A program made the translations under genes and the position numbers. Below, piece by piece: positions 1 through 12,814 of a stretch of DNA of 64,000 bases; within the stretch, counting starts at the first letter, position 1, and each line of letters starts with the position of its first letter. The DNA comes from Octopus bimaculoides (taxonomy: Eukaryota). The notes under the pieces were generated by a model, which had not been told where the DNA came from, made no database searches, and saw nothing but the letters and a program-made list of their open reading frames with translations. Location of the stretch: the NCBI RefSeq assembly GCF_001194135.2, contig NC_068986.1, positions 7,501,286 through 7,565,285 on the forward strand. Direction: 5' to 3'.

Positions 1-62
<62 letters not shown>
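1..62. repeat. (CA)n microsatellite
   Basis: Pure CA dinucleotide run at the window start. Confidence 0.98.
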
Positions 63-67
<5 letters not shown>

Positions 68-567
68 GTATATATATATATATGTATATATACTGTTCGG
101 CACTTTCCGGACTCACTTCACCGTTAGTGTTTATATAAATGTATATATATAACTGTGTGTGTGTTTGTAAACACTTAGCTGTAATTGTTTATATGTACTT
201 ATGTGTATACATACATATACAGGCGCGCGCGCGCACACACACTCACACACAGATAACTATGCATGAATCTGAGTGTGTATGTGTCTTTGTTGAAATTGGC
301 TAATTATTGTAAATTACTAAAGCTTAATCATGTTTCAATATTAAATGAATCGTTATATTTGGAGGATATATTGGCGTTTCTTTACGACGTCATCTTCAGT
401 ATTACACAAGAAAAAGTGAATGTTAACAAGAATATGGAATCTTTTGATGTTTTATTTATCCATTTTGAATTATTGAGGCACAAAACACGTCATATCTCAT
501 CTTTGAAAATACATTTCAAACACAAGATCATTTAACTTATATTGCTTGCTAAACACGCATTCCTCCC

Positions 568-599
<32 letters not shown>

Positions 600-631
600 C
601 ATACATACATGCATGCATGCATACATACATG

Positions 632-1580
632 CATCAGAAGACTAGGAAGGCATCTCCTTGAGCAGTATTCCTTGTCTGATAATCCTAAATACATGCCCAA
701 AGAAGTCGCACGACTGTATTGCAACATATCAGATAAAAGGATGGGCATATATGAGCGGAAGACCATGCACGGATATGTTAGTAGAAAGATCCGAGATGAT
801 AGTAACATTGATCACCAAAGCAGTTTATTATGGATCAACAACAGGGTCACTAACTCCCACTTTGAAGTGTATGCGTTTGAAATCCAGGAACTGGAAATAT
901 CAACGAAATACCTGATGCACAAATGGGATAGAGATGCAGGAAAAGCAGTAAAATGTGATAACCGAAGCAGACTTTGTGGAGTTAACATTGAAGATATCAC
1001 TCACATCATAAGCAGCTATCCGAAAATGCCATCACGGTATTATCTACCGATGAAACATGATGCTATAGCTATGGCACTGTATAATGAAATCCGTCGGAAG
1101 GATAACCCCGAGGAAAAAGAAATAAGACCCCACAGTATGGTGGTAGCCATAGCCACTCATAATAAAAAGGAATACTGGGGGAATGTCCCAGTGAAAACCT
1201 CAATAAAATAAACGCAATAGAACTGATATCATGCTTTGGGATAGAGAAAAGAAACTGTGTATAGTTGTAAAAATCAGCTGCCCAGCAGAGGTTAACATAA
1301 AGCTGAAGATCAATGTAAAAGAGAATACATACGTTAAACTATTGAGAAATATGCAGTTATCCTATCCAGATTATAACTTCGGATTTATACCTGTAATTAC
1401 TAGAGCACTGGGATATGTAACATACTGTATAAATACCAATCTTGAGAAATTAGACTTTTTAAAACAAGAAAGAAGAAATTCGATTCGAAGACTACATATC
1501 CAATACATCACTGGAACTGGAAAATTCTGTAAAACTTTCCAGAACTTTATCCTTTAAGTATATATGAGCATGTCTAGATA
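632..1580 (+). mobile_element. R4/Dong-like RLE non-LTR retrotransposon, 3' fragment (degenerate ORF: CCHC knuckle + RLE)
   Basis: ORFs 546-1211 and 1231-1557 contain RLCGVNIEDITHIISSYPKM..YYLPMKHDAIA (C-x2-C..H..C knuckle, decayed), then TDIMLWDREKKLCIVVKISCP and IPVITRALG (PD..D-type endonuclease tail). The 5' junction is in a (TACA)n tract. Confidence 0.85.
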
Positions 1581-1960
1581 TGTAACTATATGCATGAGAA
1601 GACATACATAAAAGAAAACATACAAATGCACGTATATACACATACATGCAAACAAAAATACCCAGTTGTTGATGTTGAAATTCCACTGAAGGAGCATTGG
1701 ATCTAGGTTAGAAACCGGTTCTTTCTCTATTGGTAAGAAAGCTTGAAATAAAACTAGACAATGATATACATACATATAGGCAGACAGAAAAGTAGATTTA
1801 GATCTCTATGTATGTGTGTGTTTGTATACAGACACAAACGTATTCGATATATAGTTTCTGTTTTCTTTTATTGCCATGGTATTTTCTTTCTAGTTTTAGT
1901 TACTTACATTAATAATTATATACACTCACTGTTTACCTACCAGCATAAATGTATATATAC

Positions 1961-2009
<49 letters not shown>

Positions 2010-2056
2010 CGTATACACACATATATACATATATATATATATGTATATATATATAC

Positions 2057-2100
<44 letters not shown>

Positions 2101-2216
2101 CTATATGCATATACATATGTTTGTGTGTATTTGTATGCATGTATATCTATACATCTTTCTGTCTTCATATAATACACACACGCATACATATATGAATACA
2201 TATACATATTCATATG

Positions 2217-2257
<41 letters not shown>

Positions 2258-2267
2258 NNNNNNNNNN

Positions 2268-2301
<34 letters not shown>

Positions 2302-3400
2302 TGTGTGTGTGTATGTGTGATACAAAAACCTTGTCATATGAACAGAAGATATATTAATTCTGAATGATAAAATCAAATCAAGTGAAATATTTCAAACAAA
2401 GGAATAATGCTGCCAGAAGTGACACGTGTATCTCAGACTTTCCTGACACTGACAGATGGACACCAAACGAAACATCAACACCTACTGCCATAATTCCTTT
2501 TGATGGCTGCAAATTATCAAGTGATTAAAAAACAAATTTAATAAGATATTTTTTTCTGTCATTTATATACTATCAGAACAACATCCGACTGTTTTATAAA
2601 TGGAAGACAAATTGAAATGGAACAAAAATATGTTTGAATCATTTTCACTTTATTTGTCAATTTAAGAAGGATATTTTCACCTGAAATGGGATGGAGCAAG
2701 ATATCAACAATTTCTTTTTCTTTAGAATTTCTTGAAATCGTTGCTGAGATATTTTTATTCGTTTGTCTGAGAATATTTCTTTTTATTCTCATTTACATAA
2801 ATTCTTAAATTCTTTCTCGATAATGTGCATGTCTCGTTTTGAATGCATCATTATCATTTAGAGGATAGCTTCAATAAAGTCTTGCATATTTCTTTCAAAT
2901 GTTTTGCTCATTTCATTTTCTGCTCCCCAAATGATTATGTAAAATACGGTTCAAAGCTGGAATTTTTAGTGGGCCGCACAAAAGTAAAACACAAGTAAAT
3001 TAATGAAAAAATTAAAGAGGAAAGACCATCGAGAGCCACTAGAATGATGCTTGAGGGCCCAGGCATACTGTCCTGGGGGCCTCGGTTGAGAACCGTTGCT
3101 TTAGATGCTACCTTTCTTTCAATACCTCGGCTCGTGACCACCTTTAGTAATAAATGTGTCACTGATTATGGATATAAGCTGGATGGATAAACTGAAGTTT
3201 CAAAATAGTTTTTCATAATTGTTCACTATGTCTCAGATATTCCCATCATTTTGGCATACGACATCTACAACACGATTTATACTTACTGTTCAAAACTTGG
3301 GTTTAAACTATGCAAAAGTTTCGATTGGAATGTTTTGCTGATATTTCTTGAGTTGGAATGCATTAATATATTCCACACACATACACACACACACGCACAC

Positions 3401-3434
<34 letters not shown>

Positions 3435-4059
3435 NNNNNNNNNNNNNNNNNNNNNNNNNNNNNNNNNNNNNNNNNNNNNNNNNNNNNNNNNNNNNNNNNN
3501 NNNNNNNNNNNNNNNNNNNNNNNNNNNNNNNNNNNNNNNNNNNNNNNNNNNNNNNNNNNNNNNNNNNNNNNNNNNNNNNNNNNNNNNNNNNNNNNNNNNN
3601 NNNNNNNNNNNNNNNNNNNTATATATGTATGTATGTATGTAGTTTCCAACAGATAAGCCGTTTCTGCAGATGACATTGTATATTGATATAGCTACAACTC
3701 CGTGTTCCACAGGAAATCGTAACTTGCTGTTCTTCGTGATCGATAGCTAATCACACGTTGCATAATAAGCATTGCGTAGATGTTTGCGTGTATGTGCGTA
3801 TATGTTTCATGTGGTTGTGTGGGAGTGTATATTTCAAATGGAATATTTGTAATTTCATGATAAAATTTCAATTTCGAAATGTTTTATTTTGTTACAAATG
3901 TCTCTTGCGATGCACAAACACACACACGCGCGCACACGCACGCGCACACACACACATCATCATCATCATCATCATCATCAACAACAACAACAACAACAAC
4001 AACAACAGCACCAACAACAACACGCGCTGACGTATCTAATACTAAAATGAAGTACCAGA

Positions 4060-4770
4060 TGACTTAGTCTCTCGTAGACTCGTAACATGCCCACATCAGA
4101 TATAAGAAGTCGACCTAAAGACAACTATTAAAGATTTTCTAAAAGAATTTATAGGTGGGAATATTTGGGTTAGTACAGATCACAGGGATACTTTGGATCG
4201 GTAAGGGCAGCTATTCTTACATCATATGTTCCAAGTTGTAGAGAAAACAGGATGTTGGTATAAGGTAGTTGGCGTTCTGTAGGATTTGTCATTTCAGATA
4301 ACAGCCGGTTACCTTGCTACATTGCAAGATAACCGGCTGCGTTTCGAGTAAGGTTTCATGGTGCAAATATAACCGTGCTGGAAGTAGGTCAAAGTGAAAG
4401 TACTTTTAAGAGAAACTTAGAAAGTGCCTCAAGACCTATTTTCCTTAGAATTAGCCACAGAGCATTTCAATTAGCAGTATCAAATACTTTGCTCAAAGCA
4501 ATGGTATAGAGTAAGTTTCTGTTCAATGCACTTTTCTTTCAGCTCAATTACTATCAGGTCATTTGTTTTGTTGTGCATAGTGACCGATTTAAAATAGCCA
4601 TTAGAGAATGTCATATTTCCATCTGCCAAAAAGCAATCATGCAGGAAAATGGCAGTTCCACCCTTCCTTCTGTCAACTCAATCTCCATAGATGGTTGTGA
4701 AATCCCTCACATTCACTTCAGCTTCCAAGCGGGAATTATCCAGGTGGGTCACAATAAGAATGAAGAAAGG
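4060..4770 (-). mobile_element. RTE-clade LINE reverse transcriptase relic
   Basis: Manual minus-strand translation gives ELKEKCIEQKLTLYHCF..SKVFDTAN*NALWLILRKIG, matching the RTE RT motif QLQEKC.EQ..PLY..F.DL.KAFD..NR..LW..L.K.G; many stops and frameshifts. Confidence 0.6.
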
Positions 4771-4792
4771 TATGTTGTTGTATGTGTTCTGT

Positions 4793-5690
4793 GTAGTTGA
4801 AATGTATTTCTCACATATTTCAACTTCAAAAGGCAAATACACTGCAGTTACCGTGGAGAAAAAATGTCTCTCGTGGTAAAAAAGTGTGAGAACACCTAAT
4901 TCGTTCTCTGTCGCCATCTCTCTTGACGTAAGAGAGGCAACTCTGAACGAACTTGATAAAGACGTAGCTTTTTATACAATTCAGTCAACACATCGACTGA
5001 TTTGCTCTATTAGAACTCCCGATCAAATTAATTAACGGCGCATAGGCGCAAAACAGTGTTTAGGTATGAGGAGAATTTAGGTTAGTTGCAATATGTTCGT
5101 CACATATTTCAACTGCTAAATGCAAATACACATCCATGTTTCGAGATTTTGAATCTTGTCAATGAGATGTACTTATCTCTTTTATGGTAAAAAGGTGTGA
5201 AAACACCCAGTTCATTTAGTATCGCCATCTCTTTTTACCATAAGAGAGATTTTTTCTGCCCTGTAAGTGCAGTGTATTTGTCTTTAGCAGTTGAAATATG
5301 TGGCAAACATGTTTCAAGTAACCTAAATTCTCCTCATACCGAAACACTTCTTTACACCGATGCTCCGTTAACCAATTTGTTCGGGCGATGTATTAGAGCA
5401 AATCAGTCAACGTGTTGACTGAATTATATATAAAGCTAAAGCTTTACGAAACTCATTCAGAGTTTATGTACATCTCATTGGCAAATATATATACATATAT
5501 ATATAAAAAAAAAGCTCGAAAAGACTCGAGTTGGCGACACTGAATGATGTAGGTGTTTTCACACCTTTTTACCGTAAGAGAGATTTTTCTCCACAGTAAC
5601 TGCAGATTAATTGTTTTTAGCAGTTGAAATATGTGACAGACATATTTCAACTGACCTAAATTCTGCTCATTCCTAAACGCTGCTTTGAGA
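4793..5690. repeat. ~900-bp imperfect foldback: about 1.4 tandem ~290-330-bp units followed by the same units inverted
   Basis: TCACATATTTCAACT..GCAAATACAC occurs at 4811 and 5100. ATCTCTTTTATGGTAAAAAG (~5176) pairs with CTTTTTACCATAAGAGAGAT (~5231). Inverted units recur near 5250-5460 and 5550-5680. Confidence 0.85.
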
Positions 5691-5938
5691 GCCTATGTTC
5701 TCTCTCTCTCCTCTCTCTCTCTCCTCTCTCTCTCTCCTCTCTCTCTCTNNNNNNNNNNNNNNNNNNNNNNNNNNNNNNNNNNNNNNNNNNNNNNNNNNNN
5801 NNNNNNNNNNNNNNNNNNNNNNNNNNNNNNNNNNNNNNNNNNNNNNNNNNNNNNNNNNNNNNNNNNNNNNNNNNNNNNNNNNNNNNNNNNNNNNNNNNNN
5901 NNNNNNNNNNNNNNNNNNNNNNNNNNNNNNNNNNNNNN

Positions 5939-5974
<36 letters not shown>

Positions 5975-6699
5975 GTGCACACAGACACTGAATTTTAAGT
6001 CCAGAATAGAGTCCTGACAAATTTGAATTATATTCACCGGAATCATCGTAGTAGCATATGAACAAAATGTTGACTCCTAGTGGAACTCTTTAATTGCATC
6101 TGATAAATTCTCCCCACCCCCCCGTGAAAAAGTAACAATGAGGATGGATTGAAGTAAACATACTGCTGTCTCACTTCTGTGATTGTTCTCTACAGTAATT
6201 ATCAGCTGATGAATATGCCACGTGCCAGGAGTAGAATCGGCACTTATTGAGTATTAATTCGATTTCTTTCCGAATGACACAAAATAACTGTTCGCCCATT
6301 ATTTTCATAAATTCTTCACAGTTGTTTTGCGAGAAATATGATATATTTCGCTTTTCGAGAAGCCATTGGCTTCATTTTTCTCAAGGAAATCTAAACTTTT
6401 AGAAACAAAAAACAGATGTCAGAAATTACCCCACTTATGCTAGTACTCCTTAGTGAACGATACTGACTTAGCAATATAGAACGCGAGCAATCACATTCTT
6501 TGTGGTAAATCGAATATTCCGATAGGCACCTGTAATTCTCCAGTCCTTTACCAATATCGATCTGTTTTTTGTTATTAGATTCTGATATTGCAGCAGGAAA
6601 TTATTTCTCGGACAAAAGACAGCATGAAATGCAATATAAACAATCTTTGAATGGTGAAAAGAGTAATCATTCGTGTTTCATAAACTTTTTTTTTCGCTA

Positions 6700-7200
6700 T
6701 TAGCATTTGAATATTGTGATAGGGAAACATCTTTTCTATGGTTTTTCTTCTTCACTAAACACGCAACATGAATTCTAAAAGTTGCAATCGTTAATTTGAC
6801 ATTTTGTTGGCCAATTGAGTATTCATTCACTAGTCTATCGTAGTGGTATATTTTGAGTTCCATCGACCTAGATCTATCACAATGTCGTTGTAGATCATTT
6901 TATGATTCTCGGTTACCGTTACGGAATCACAAATTTCTACAATTAGCTCAGCAGAGATCTTATAAAGAAGGGCTTGTATCAGTGGAAGTCAGAGTTGGTT
7001 TTGTTGTAACCGTAGTAGAAGCAGCAGCTATTGCACATTGTTAAAATAAGCCGATAACTTTGAAGGTTTGCAAAATTGTCTTTTCCTCCACGATTTTAAA
7101 CTACCTTAGCATGTTTCCAGTAATAAGATAACTTTTATAAACGGCCATCGCTTTGAGAACGACAGTTCTCCAATGACATTTTGTCTTTTATAAATTGATC
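6700..7200 (-). pseudogene. Possible highly decayed LINE RT fragment
   Basis: A minus frame reads YWKHAKVV*NRGGKDNFANLQSYRLIL, resembling the LINE RT N-terminal motif WK.A.V.PI.K.GKD....SYRPISL; nothing else convincing. Confidence 0.35.
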
Positions 7201-7416
7201 AAGAATTAATTCACCATATTTGCTGCACCTGTTTGTTTTAATTCGGTAAATTCGATAAAATGTTCTTTATAAAACCCGTTATTTTCTTCCAATTAATATC
7301 AACAAAAGCAACTCTTATTGCTGTTTGCTGTCGAGCTGCTTCATCTTAAACAAAACCAATCATTGAGGACACACACACTCAAACAAGAATGTTATATCAC
7401 GATTTGTAGTGAAAGG

Positions 7417-7447
7417 CTAACCCTAAACCTAACCCTAACCCTAACCC
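7417..7447. repeat. Short interstitial (CTAACC)n telomere-like tract
   Basis: CTAACCCTAAACCTAACCCTAACCCTAACCC, about 5 units. Confidence 0.8.
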
Positions 7448-9051
7448 TCAGTAGTTTATGTTCACGCTACAAATGTATGATCTATGGTTCCTTTCTATAT
7501 CACTAAGATGCTCTTTAAATATAAAATCAAATTAACAAAAATATATATTCTGAAATTTTCAAAATTGCTTTCTGTTGTTTATCACCACGCAATGCTAGGT
7601 TTTGTATTTATAAACTTAGACAATTCTATTAAGATCTCGCTGTTTGTTTTTTAGTGATAATTTGATAATCCCTATGTCAATGACTCTTCGAGTTTCTAAA
7701 ATATTTCTGTCCTTTTACTATCTAAAAATATATCAAGCCCATTGTAAGCCTTTTCTGCACAAGGCTCTGGTACAATTGTATGTTTTTTGATACTTTTTCA
7801 AACCCCAAATGTGAAGCACAGATGTGTTTTCTAGTTTTCAACAATAAAATAGTTTTATGTTCTGCTTCTTTGAAAGACAATTAAATATCCATTTATTCGA
7901 TGGAAAATTAAGCGTCTGATGTAGTTAACGCTAATGAAAGCTACATAACTCAAGAAATGACAAAATCATTTGGATTTTTTTGTATTTGTTATCTGCCCAA
8001 ATCAACTTATTTTCTGTATTGGCAATTTTCGCTGTATGGTTAAATTTTGTGAAAAACGGAACAAACACTCTCAATACGCGTCCACACTCGGATTCTACGC
8101 ACGCGCACCCCCCCACTCTCACTCTCACTCTCACTTCCTCACTCACATGCGCAAGTACATACATACATGTATGGGAACATACGTACAAATAGTTAAAAAT
8201 TCATTTTAATTTCAATAACCAAAAGTATTAGATATGAAGGGAAGTTACATTGTTTGAATTATTAACAATGAACGAATATTAAAATTTTCAATTCGTTTTG
8301 CAATTAATATTTAAATTCAAACATGAAGATAATTCGTTTAGCTGCTGTTTATCTACGTTTGAGGAAATCTATAACAAAAAGCTTTTCCAAATATGATTGT
8401 CCCGCCTTTCATAAACAAAAATATAAGTTGCTGCCCAGTTTAACGTCACCATCAGACTAGTGGCTGTCTTTAACGGGTAAAGACTCTGGTTTTCTCCAAG
8501 TCACAGATAATTCCCTTTCTCAAGTGATTCGGACTGCTAAATTCCTTAACTACATTATCCTTTCACACTTTTCAGTGGGATCTAGTGAACGCAATTAATT
8601 ATTTATTTAAATTTTGCAAGCGCAATCAGCAGTAACACTTCTCTAGATTATCGCTGATTGTGAAGTATATCATCACTGTATAATTATGATTAACCCTCAT
8701 TTTAAGGCAAAATTATGTTAAATTACAATATTCCTGGTAAAATTGCATTAATTTATGCCATTAATTAATTCTATTAGTATTGTTGAAATTTGGATACTAC
8801 AACACAATAATAAGCCCTATCGATTTAGTTTCATCATTGAAAACTTTAGTTCTTTAAAGATTGGAATATAAAACACATGTCTTAACAAATGTCATGTTCA
8901 TTGAAAATAAAATTCACACGAAACGAAAAGGGAAACGTATGCGTGGTTGCTCCACCTTTCTAGAAAAAGTAACACAATCTTCCTCAAGTTACTATCATTT
9001 GAAAAGGGAAGAACACTTGAGAATTCAATTACATTATACAGATATATATCT

Positions 9052-9352
9052 GTGAAGATGAATGGCCTAGTGGTTAGGGTGTTGCACTCATGATCACCAG
9101 GTCGCGGGCTCGATTATCGGACCGAGCGGCGTGCTGTGTTTTTGAGCAAAACACTCCATTTCACATTTCCCCGCTCCACCCAGCTGCAAATGAGGACCCC
9201 TGCAGCGAATTAGCCTTCCGACCCAGGGGGAATATTGGCCTACTCGCCTCGCCAGCGGGGTGGCATCATTTGAAAGTTAAAAACGATGCAAAGCACATTG
9301 TGACCAGCGATGTATAATAATATCCGATAGTCGGGTCGATCACATGATATAT
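9052..9352 (+). mobile_element. tRNA-derived SINE (family A, CORE-like central domain)
   Basis: A-box-like TGGCCTAGTGGTTAGG, decayed B box GGCTCGATT, then TGTGTTTTTGAGCAAAACACT..CCCAGCTG; head related to 30461. Confidence 0.75.
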
Positions 9353-9836
9353 CTAAAGGAACATCTTTGATCATAGGTCTGCAAGATAAAGGCTGGTTCG
9401 AGGCTAAATCAGTAAGTCTAACAAAGTATTCGATATCTTTTATCATACAAAGTTTGCATTACACAAGACTATCATGAGAAAACTTAGGTAAACATAATGG
9501 AACCGCTGTTAGTTTTGGTGATGAACCTTGATAAATACTGATGACGTTTAGGTTCCTCTGTCGGTTCCTTGTTTGGCAAGTTATATTTAGTCAAGATTTC
9601 CCATGTTAGCTTAAGTGCTGTATTATCTGGTAAAAGTACATAATCAAGCAAGCATGTTCATGCTTTAGTATTTACCAAACAAACGCATTCGATACAGAAA
9701 CCAAATCGATCAAAACAGAGGTGTACAGTAGTGCAGAAATTAAAATTTGAATCTAGAGGAGAGCAAACATTTACAAATGTTTCCATCTTCTCTTTTATGA
9801 TCACAGAGCAAGTCTCGACGATAATTTTTAATTAAA

Positions 9837-9838
<2 letters not shown>

Positions 9839-9868
<30 letters not shown>

Positions 9869-9972
9869 CAGGATCATCACCATCATCATCAGCATCATCA
9901 TCATCATCATCATCATTACAGGATCATCATCAGCATCATCACCATCATCATCATCATCATCATCATCATCAT
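9839..9972. repeat. (CAT)n microsatellite with internal CAGGAT interruptions
   Basis: Direct reading. Confidence 0.95.
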
Positions 9973-9980
9973 TAGCAGTA

Positions 9981-10158
9981 TTAAGGCGGTGAGCTGGCAG
10001 AATCATTAGCGCGCTAGGCAAAATGCTTTGTAGCATTTCGTCCGTCATTGCGTTCGGAGTTCAAATTCTGCCGACTTTGCCTTTCATCTTTTCGGGGTTG
10101 ATAAAATAAGTATCACTTACGCACTGGGGTCGATGCAATCGACTTACCCCACATCGAA

Positions 10159-10160
<2 letters not shown>
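9981..10160 (+). mobile_element. tRNA-derived SINE (family B) ending in an (ATT)n tail
   Basis: GGCGGTGAGCTGGCAGAATCATTAGC head and GAGTTCAAATTC B box; reverse-complement homologue at 42815-43022. Confidence 0.85.
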
Positions 10161-10191
<31 letters not shown>

Positions 10192-10208
10192 GTTGTTATT
10201 ATTATTAT
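10160..10208. repeat. (TTA)n array shared by the SINE tail and the LINE tail
   Basis: Direct reading. Confidence 0.95.
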
Positions 10209-11030
10209 TTGTTTGACTTTGGCTTTGTGTTTGTATAAGTTGGCTCTAAGTCTCACCCAGAGACCTCAAAAGACAACAAGTTAGAAGTTCATGTTGGTGT
10301 TATGTCTAGGGTGTCTGTTCTAGAGAATGTTTAAGAAAACATGAGAAAATTATGCGTTTGTTTTAAAATTTGAGATTACATAGATAGTATTTTACGTAGG
10401 ATATGTTCAGTTCCTATGAACACTATCTTTTGAATTTCTGCCATTTTGGGGTTTCCTGGTATATGAGGTAGGTAGCAATCAGCCCCTTTTGCTACCATTC
10501 CTAGGGCACCTATGACCACAGGTATTGTTTTAGTCTTGAGATTCCACATTTTGCCAATTTCCATTTCGAGATCTTTATACTTGCTCAGTTTTTGGTAGGT
10601 CTTGACAGATACATTTATGTTGATTAGAACAATCATATCAACAAGGAGGCATGGTTTTTGTCTGAAGTCTTTCAATATAATGTCTGGCCAATTCGCATCT
10701 ATCTTTCTGTCAGTTTGAACGGTGAAGTTCCAGAGGAGTGAGATGTAATCATTTTCAAGCGCTGGAGGTGATTTGCGTTCACACCAGTTTTTATTATGAG
10801 CAGGTCCAGGATTTTGCAAATTATCCAGTGAATATATTGTGCTACTCTCTCATGCCTGTTGAGATACTCTGTAGGCACAAGAAGACTACACCTGGAGACA
10901 ACATGATCAATGGTTTCATTTTGTTGTTTACATACATGACATGTTGGGCTACTGCCATTCTTTAATATGTTGACCTGGTAGTTCCTTGTAGGTAGGCACT
11001 TACCCAAAATGTTGGTCCTTCATCCTATAA
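10209..11030 (-). mobile_element. R4/Dong-like RLE retrotransposon, 5'-truncated, with 3' UTR and (AAT)n tail
   Basis: LPTRNYQ..TCHVCKQQNETIDHVVSRC..EYLNRHERVAQYIHW, then NWPDIILKD..LVDM..VKTYQKLSKYKDLEMEIGKMWNLKTKTIPVVIGALG..ILRKILSM*; close homologue at 43049-43508. Confidence 0.93.
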
Positions 11031-11225
11031 AAGAAACGATTATCATTATTGTTGTGGTTGTCATTCTTATCATTAAATATTCAATTTATTTATATTGTTG
11101 AAATAAAAATTCGAATTTGATAAGAGCAACCATTGTCAGCTAACCTATTACGATTAAACACATACACACACACACACACACACACACGCACATACATGTG
11201 TGTGTGTATGTATATATATAAATGA

Positions 11226-11595
11226 AAATAATCAGAAAAATGAAGAAAACTTCAGATTAACAAACACACCGATTGGACCATTTATAGCTTATTATTTTTT
11301 AATACAAAGCATGATATAACAAATTGGTAACGTTACACATCTTACCGTCGTTTCCGATCCGTTGCCAAATTGCTGTCTATAAATAAATGCGAGAGCAAAA
11401 TTCTTCATCTACATAGGACATTCGAATTAAGACACTTATTTAGAAACAGCATTTTGGCAACGGATCCGAAACGGTCGTAAGATATGTTCCGTCACCAATT
11501 TGTTATGTCATGCTTTGGTATTAAAAAATAAGCTATAAATGTGGTCCAATCGATGTGTTTGTTAATCTGAGGTTTTCTCCATTTTCCGATTATTT
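11226..11595. repeat. ~370-bp inverted repeat (arms ~165 bp, spacer ~45 bp), MITE/foldback-like
   Basis: CTTCAGATTAACAAACACACCGATTGGACCATTTATAGCTTATT pairs with AATAAGCTATAAATGTGGTCCAATCGATGTGTTTGTTAATCTGAGG; CGTTTCCGATCCGTTGCCAAA pairs with TTTGGCAACGGATCCGAAACG. Confidence 0.92.
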
Positions 11596-12777
11596 GCATT
11601 GGTTCCTGGTAAACTCTTGTTTATCCTGTTGTTACCTGCACTCTACGTGCATGGTGTGCCTGCACACCAATGCCCGGGGATAATAGGGTAAGGGATACCG
11701 ATAGTATATATGGATATTTTATCCCAAACACACACACACACACACATAATTATATGCGCGTGTGTTTGTGCGCGCACGTATGTATGTAAGCGTGCATATG
11801 TGTGCGTGCGTGTGTGTGTGCGTATGCGTCTGTGTGCGTGTGAATGTTTGTATCAGTGTCTATGTGTATATATTTCAAACAACATCATAGATTGTGAAAA
11901 CATGAATCATGCTCAAAAGCATAACTTACCAATTCAACTAATATCGGTTTTGGAAACTGTTTGTTTCTGATTGCCATCTTTGGAATATCCTACTCACAGC
12001 CTATTAACGACTATATATATTTACAGACATTACATACACAATACTCCGTGTGTATGTTTGTACATACACTGACTCAATATCACTCCCATGTACATATCAA
12101 TTTCAATGTACACCATTTGTTTTGTATGTGTGGCAGCATAAGAGAGAATAATAGTTAATATGTTATCCGGGTATGAATATTTACATGCACGCGTGGACAT
12201 GCATATTCATAGCGGGATAATATCATAACATCATATGAAGACATGCACCTGCACGCACGCGCCATTGGTGTTCACATATTTATACATGGACGATCTCTTT
12301 CCCTCTATTTCTGTCTCTGTTCTGTGTTTCTTCCTCATCTTCTCTCTCTTTAAATATATATATATATATANNNNNNNNNNNNNNNNNNNNNNNNNNNNNN
12401 NNNNNNNNNNNNNNNNNNNNNNNNNNNNNNNNNNNNNNNNNNNNNNNNNNNNNNNNNNNNNNNNNNNNNNNNNNNNNNNNNNNNNNNNNNNNNNNNNNNN
12501 NNNNNNNNNNNNNNNNNNNNNNNNNNNNNNNNNNNNNNNNNNNNNNNNNNNNNNNNNNNNNNNNNNNNNNNNNNNNNNNNNNNNNNNNNNNNNNNNNNNN
12601 NNNNNNNNNNNNNNNNNNNNNNNNNNNNNNNNNNNNNAAAGCTATTGTCAAAAATATTGCTGTTAAAGCATTAGAATTTTGTACTCTACCAAATAGTTTG
12701 AGTAACTCTTCAGTTAAATGTAATGTGGTTTTAATTATAACATAAAAACAAACAGTAATATATTTGTTTGTGTATGC

Positions 12778-12814
<37 letters not shown>

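Noticed and set aside
1761-2320. Many YI/HT/CV-rich ORFs here and throughout the window
   Set aside because: They are translations of (TA)n, (CA)n and (TACA)n microsatellites.
7417-7447. Telomere fusion or healing site
   Set aside because: Only about five units, one imperfect; such short tracts are common inside animal repeats.
11440-11490. Possible hammerhead ribozyme at GGATCCGAAACGGTC
   Set aside because: No CTGANGA core upstream on either arm.
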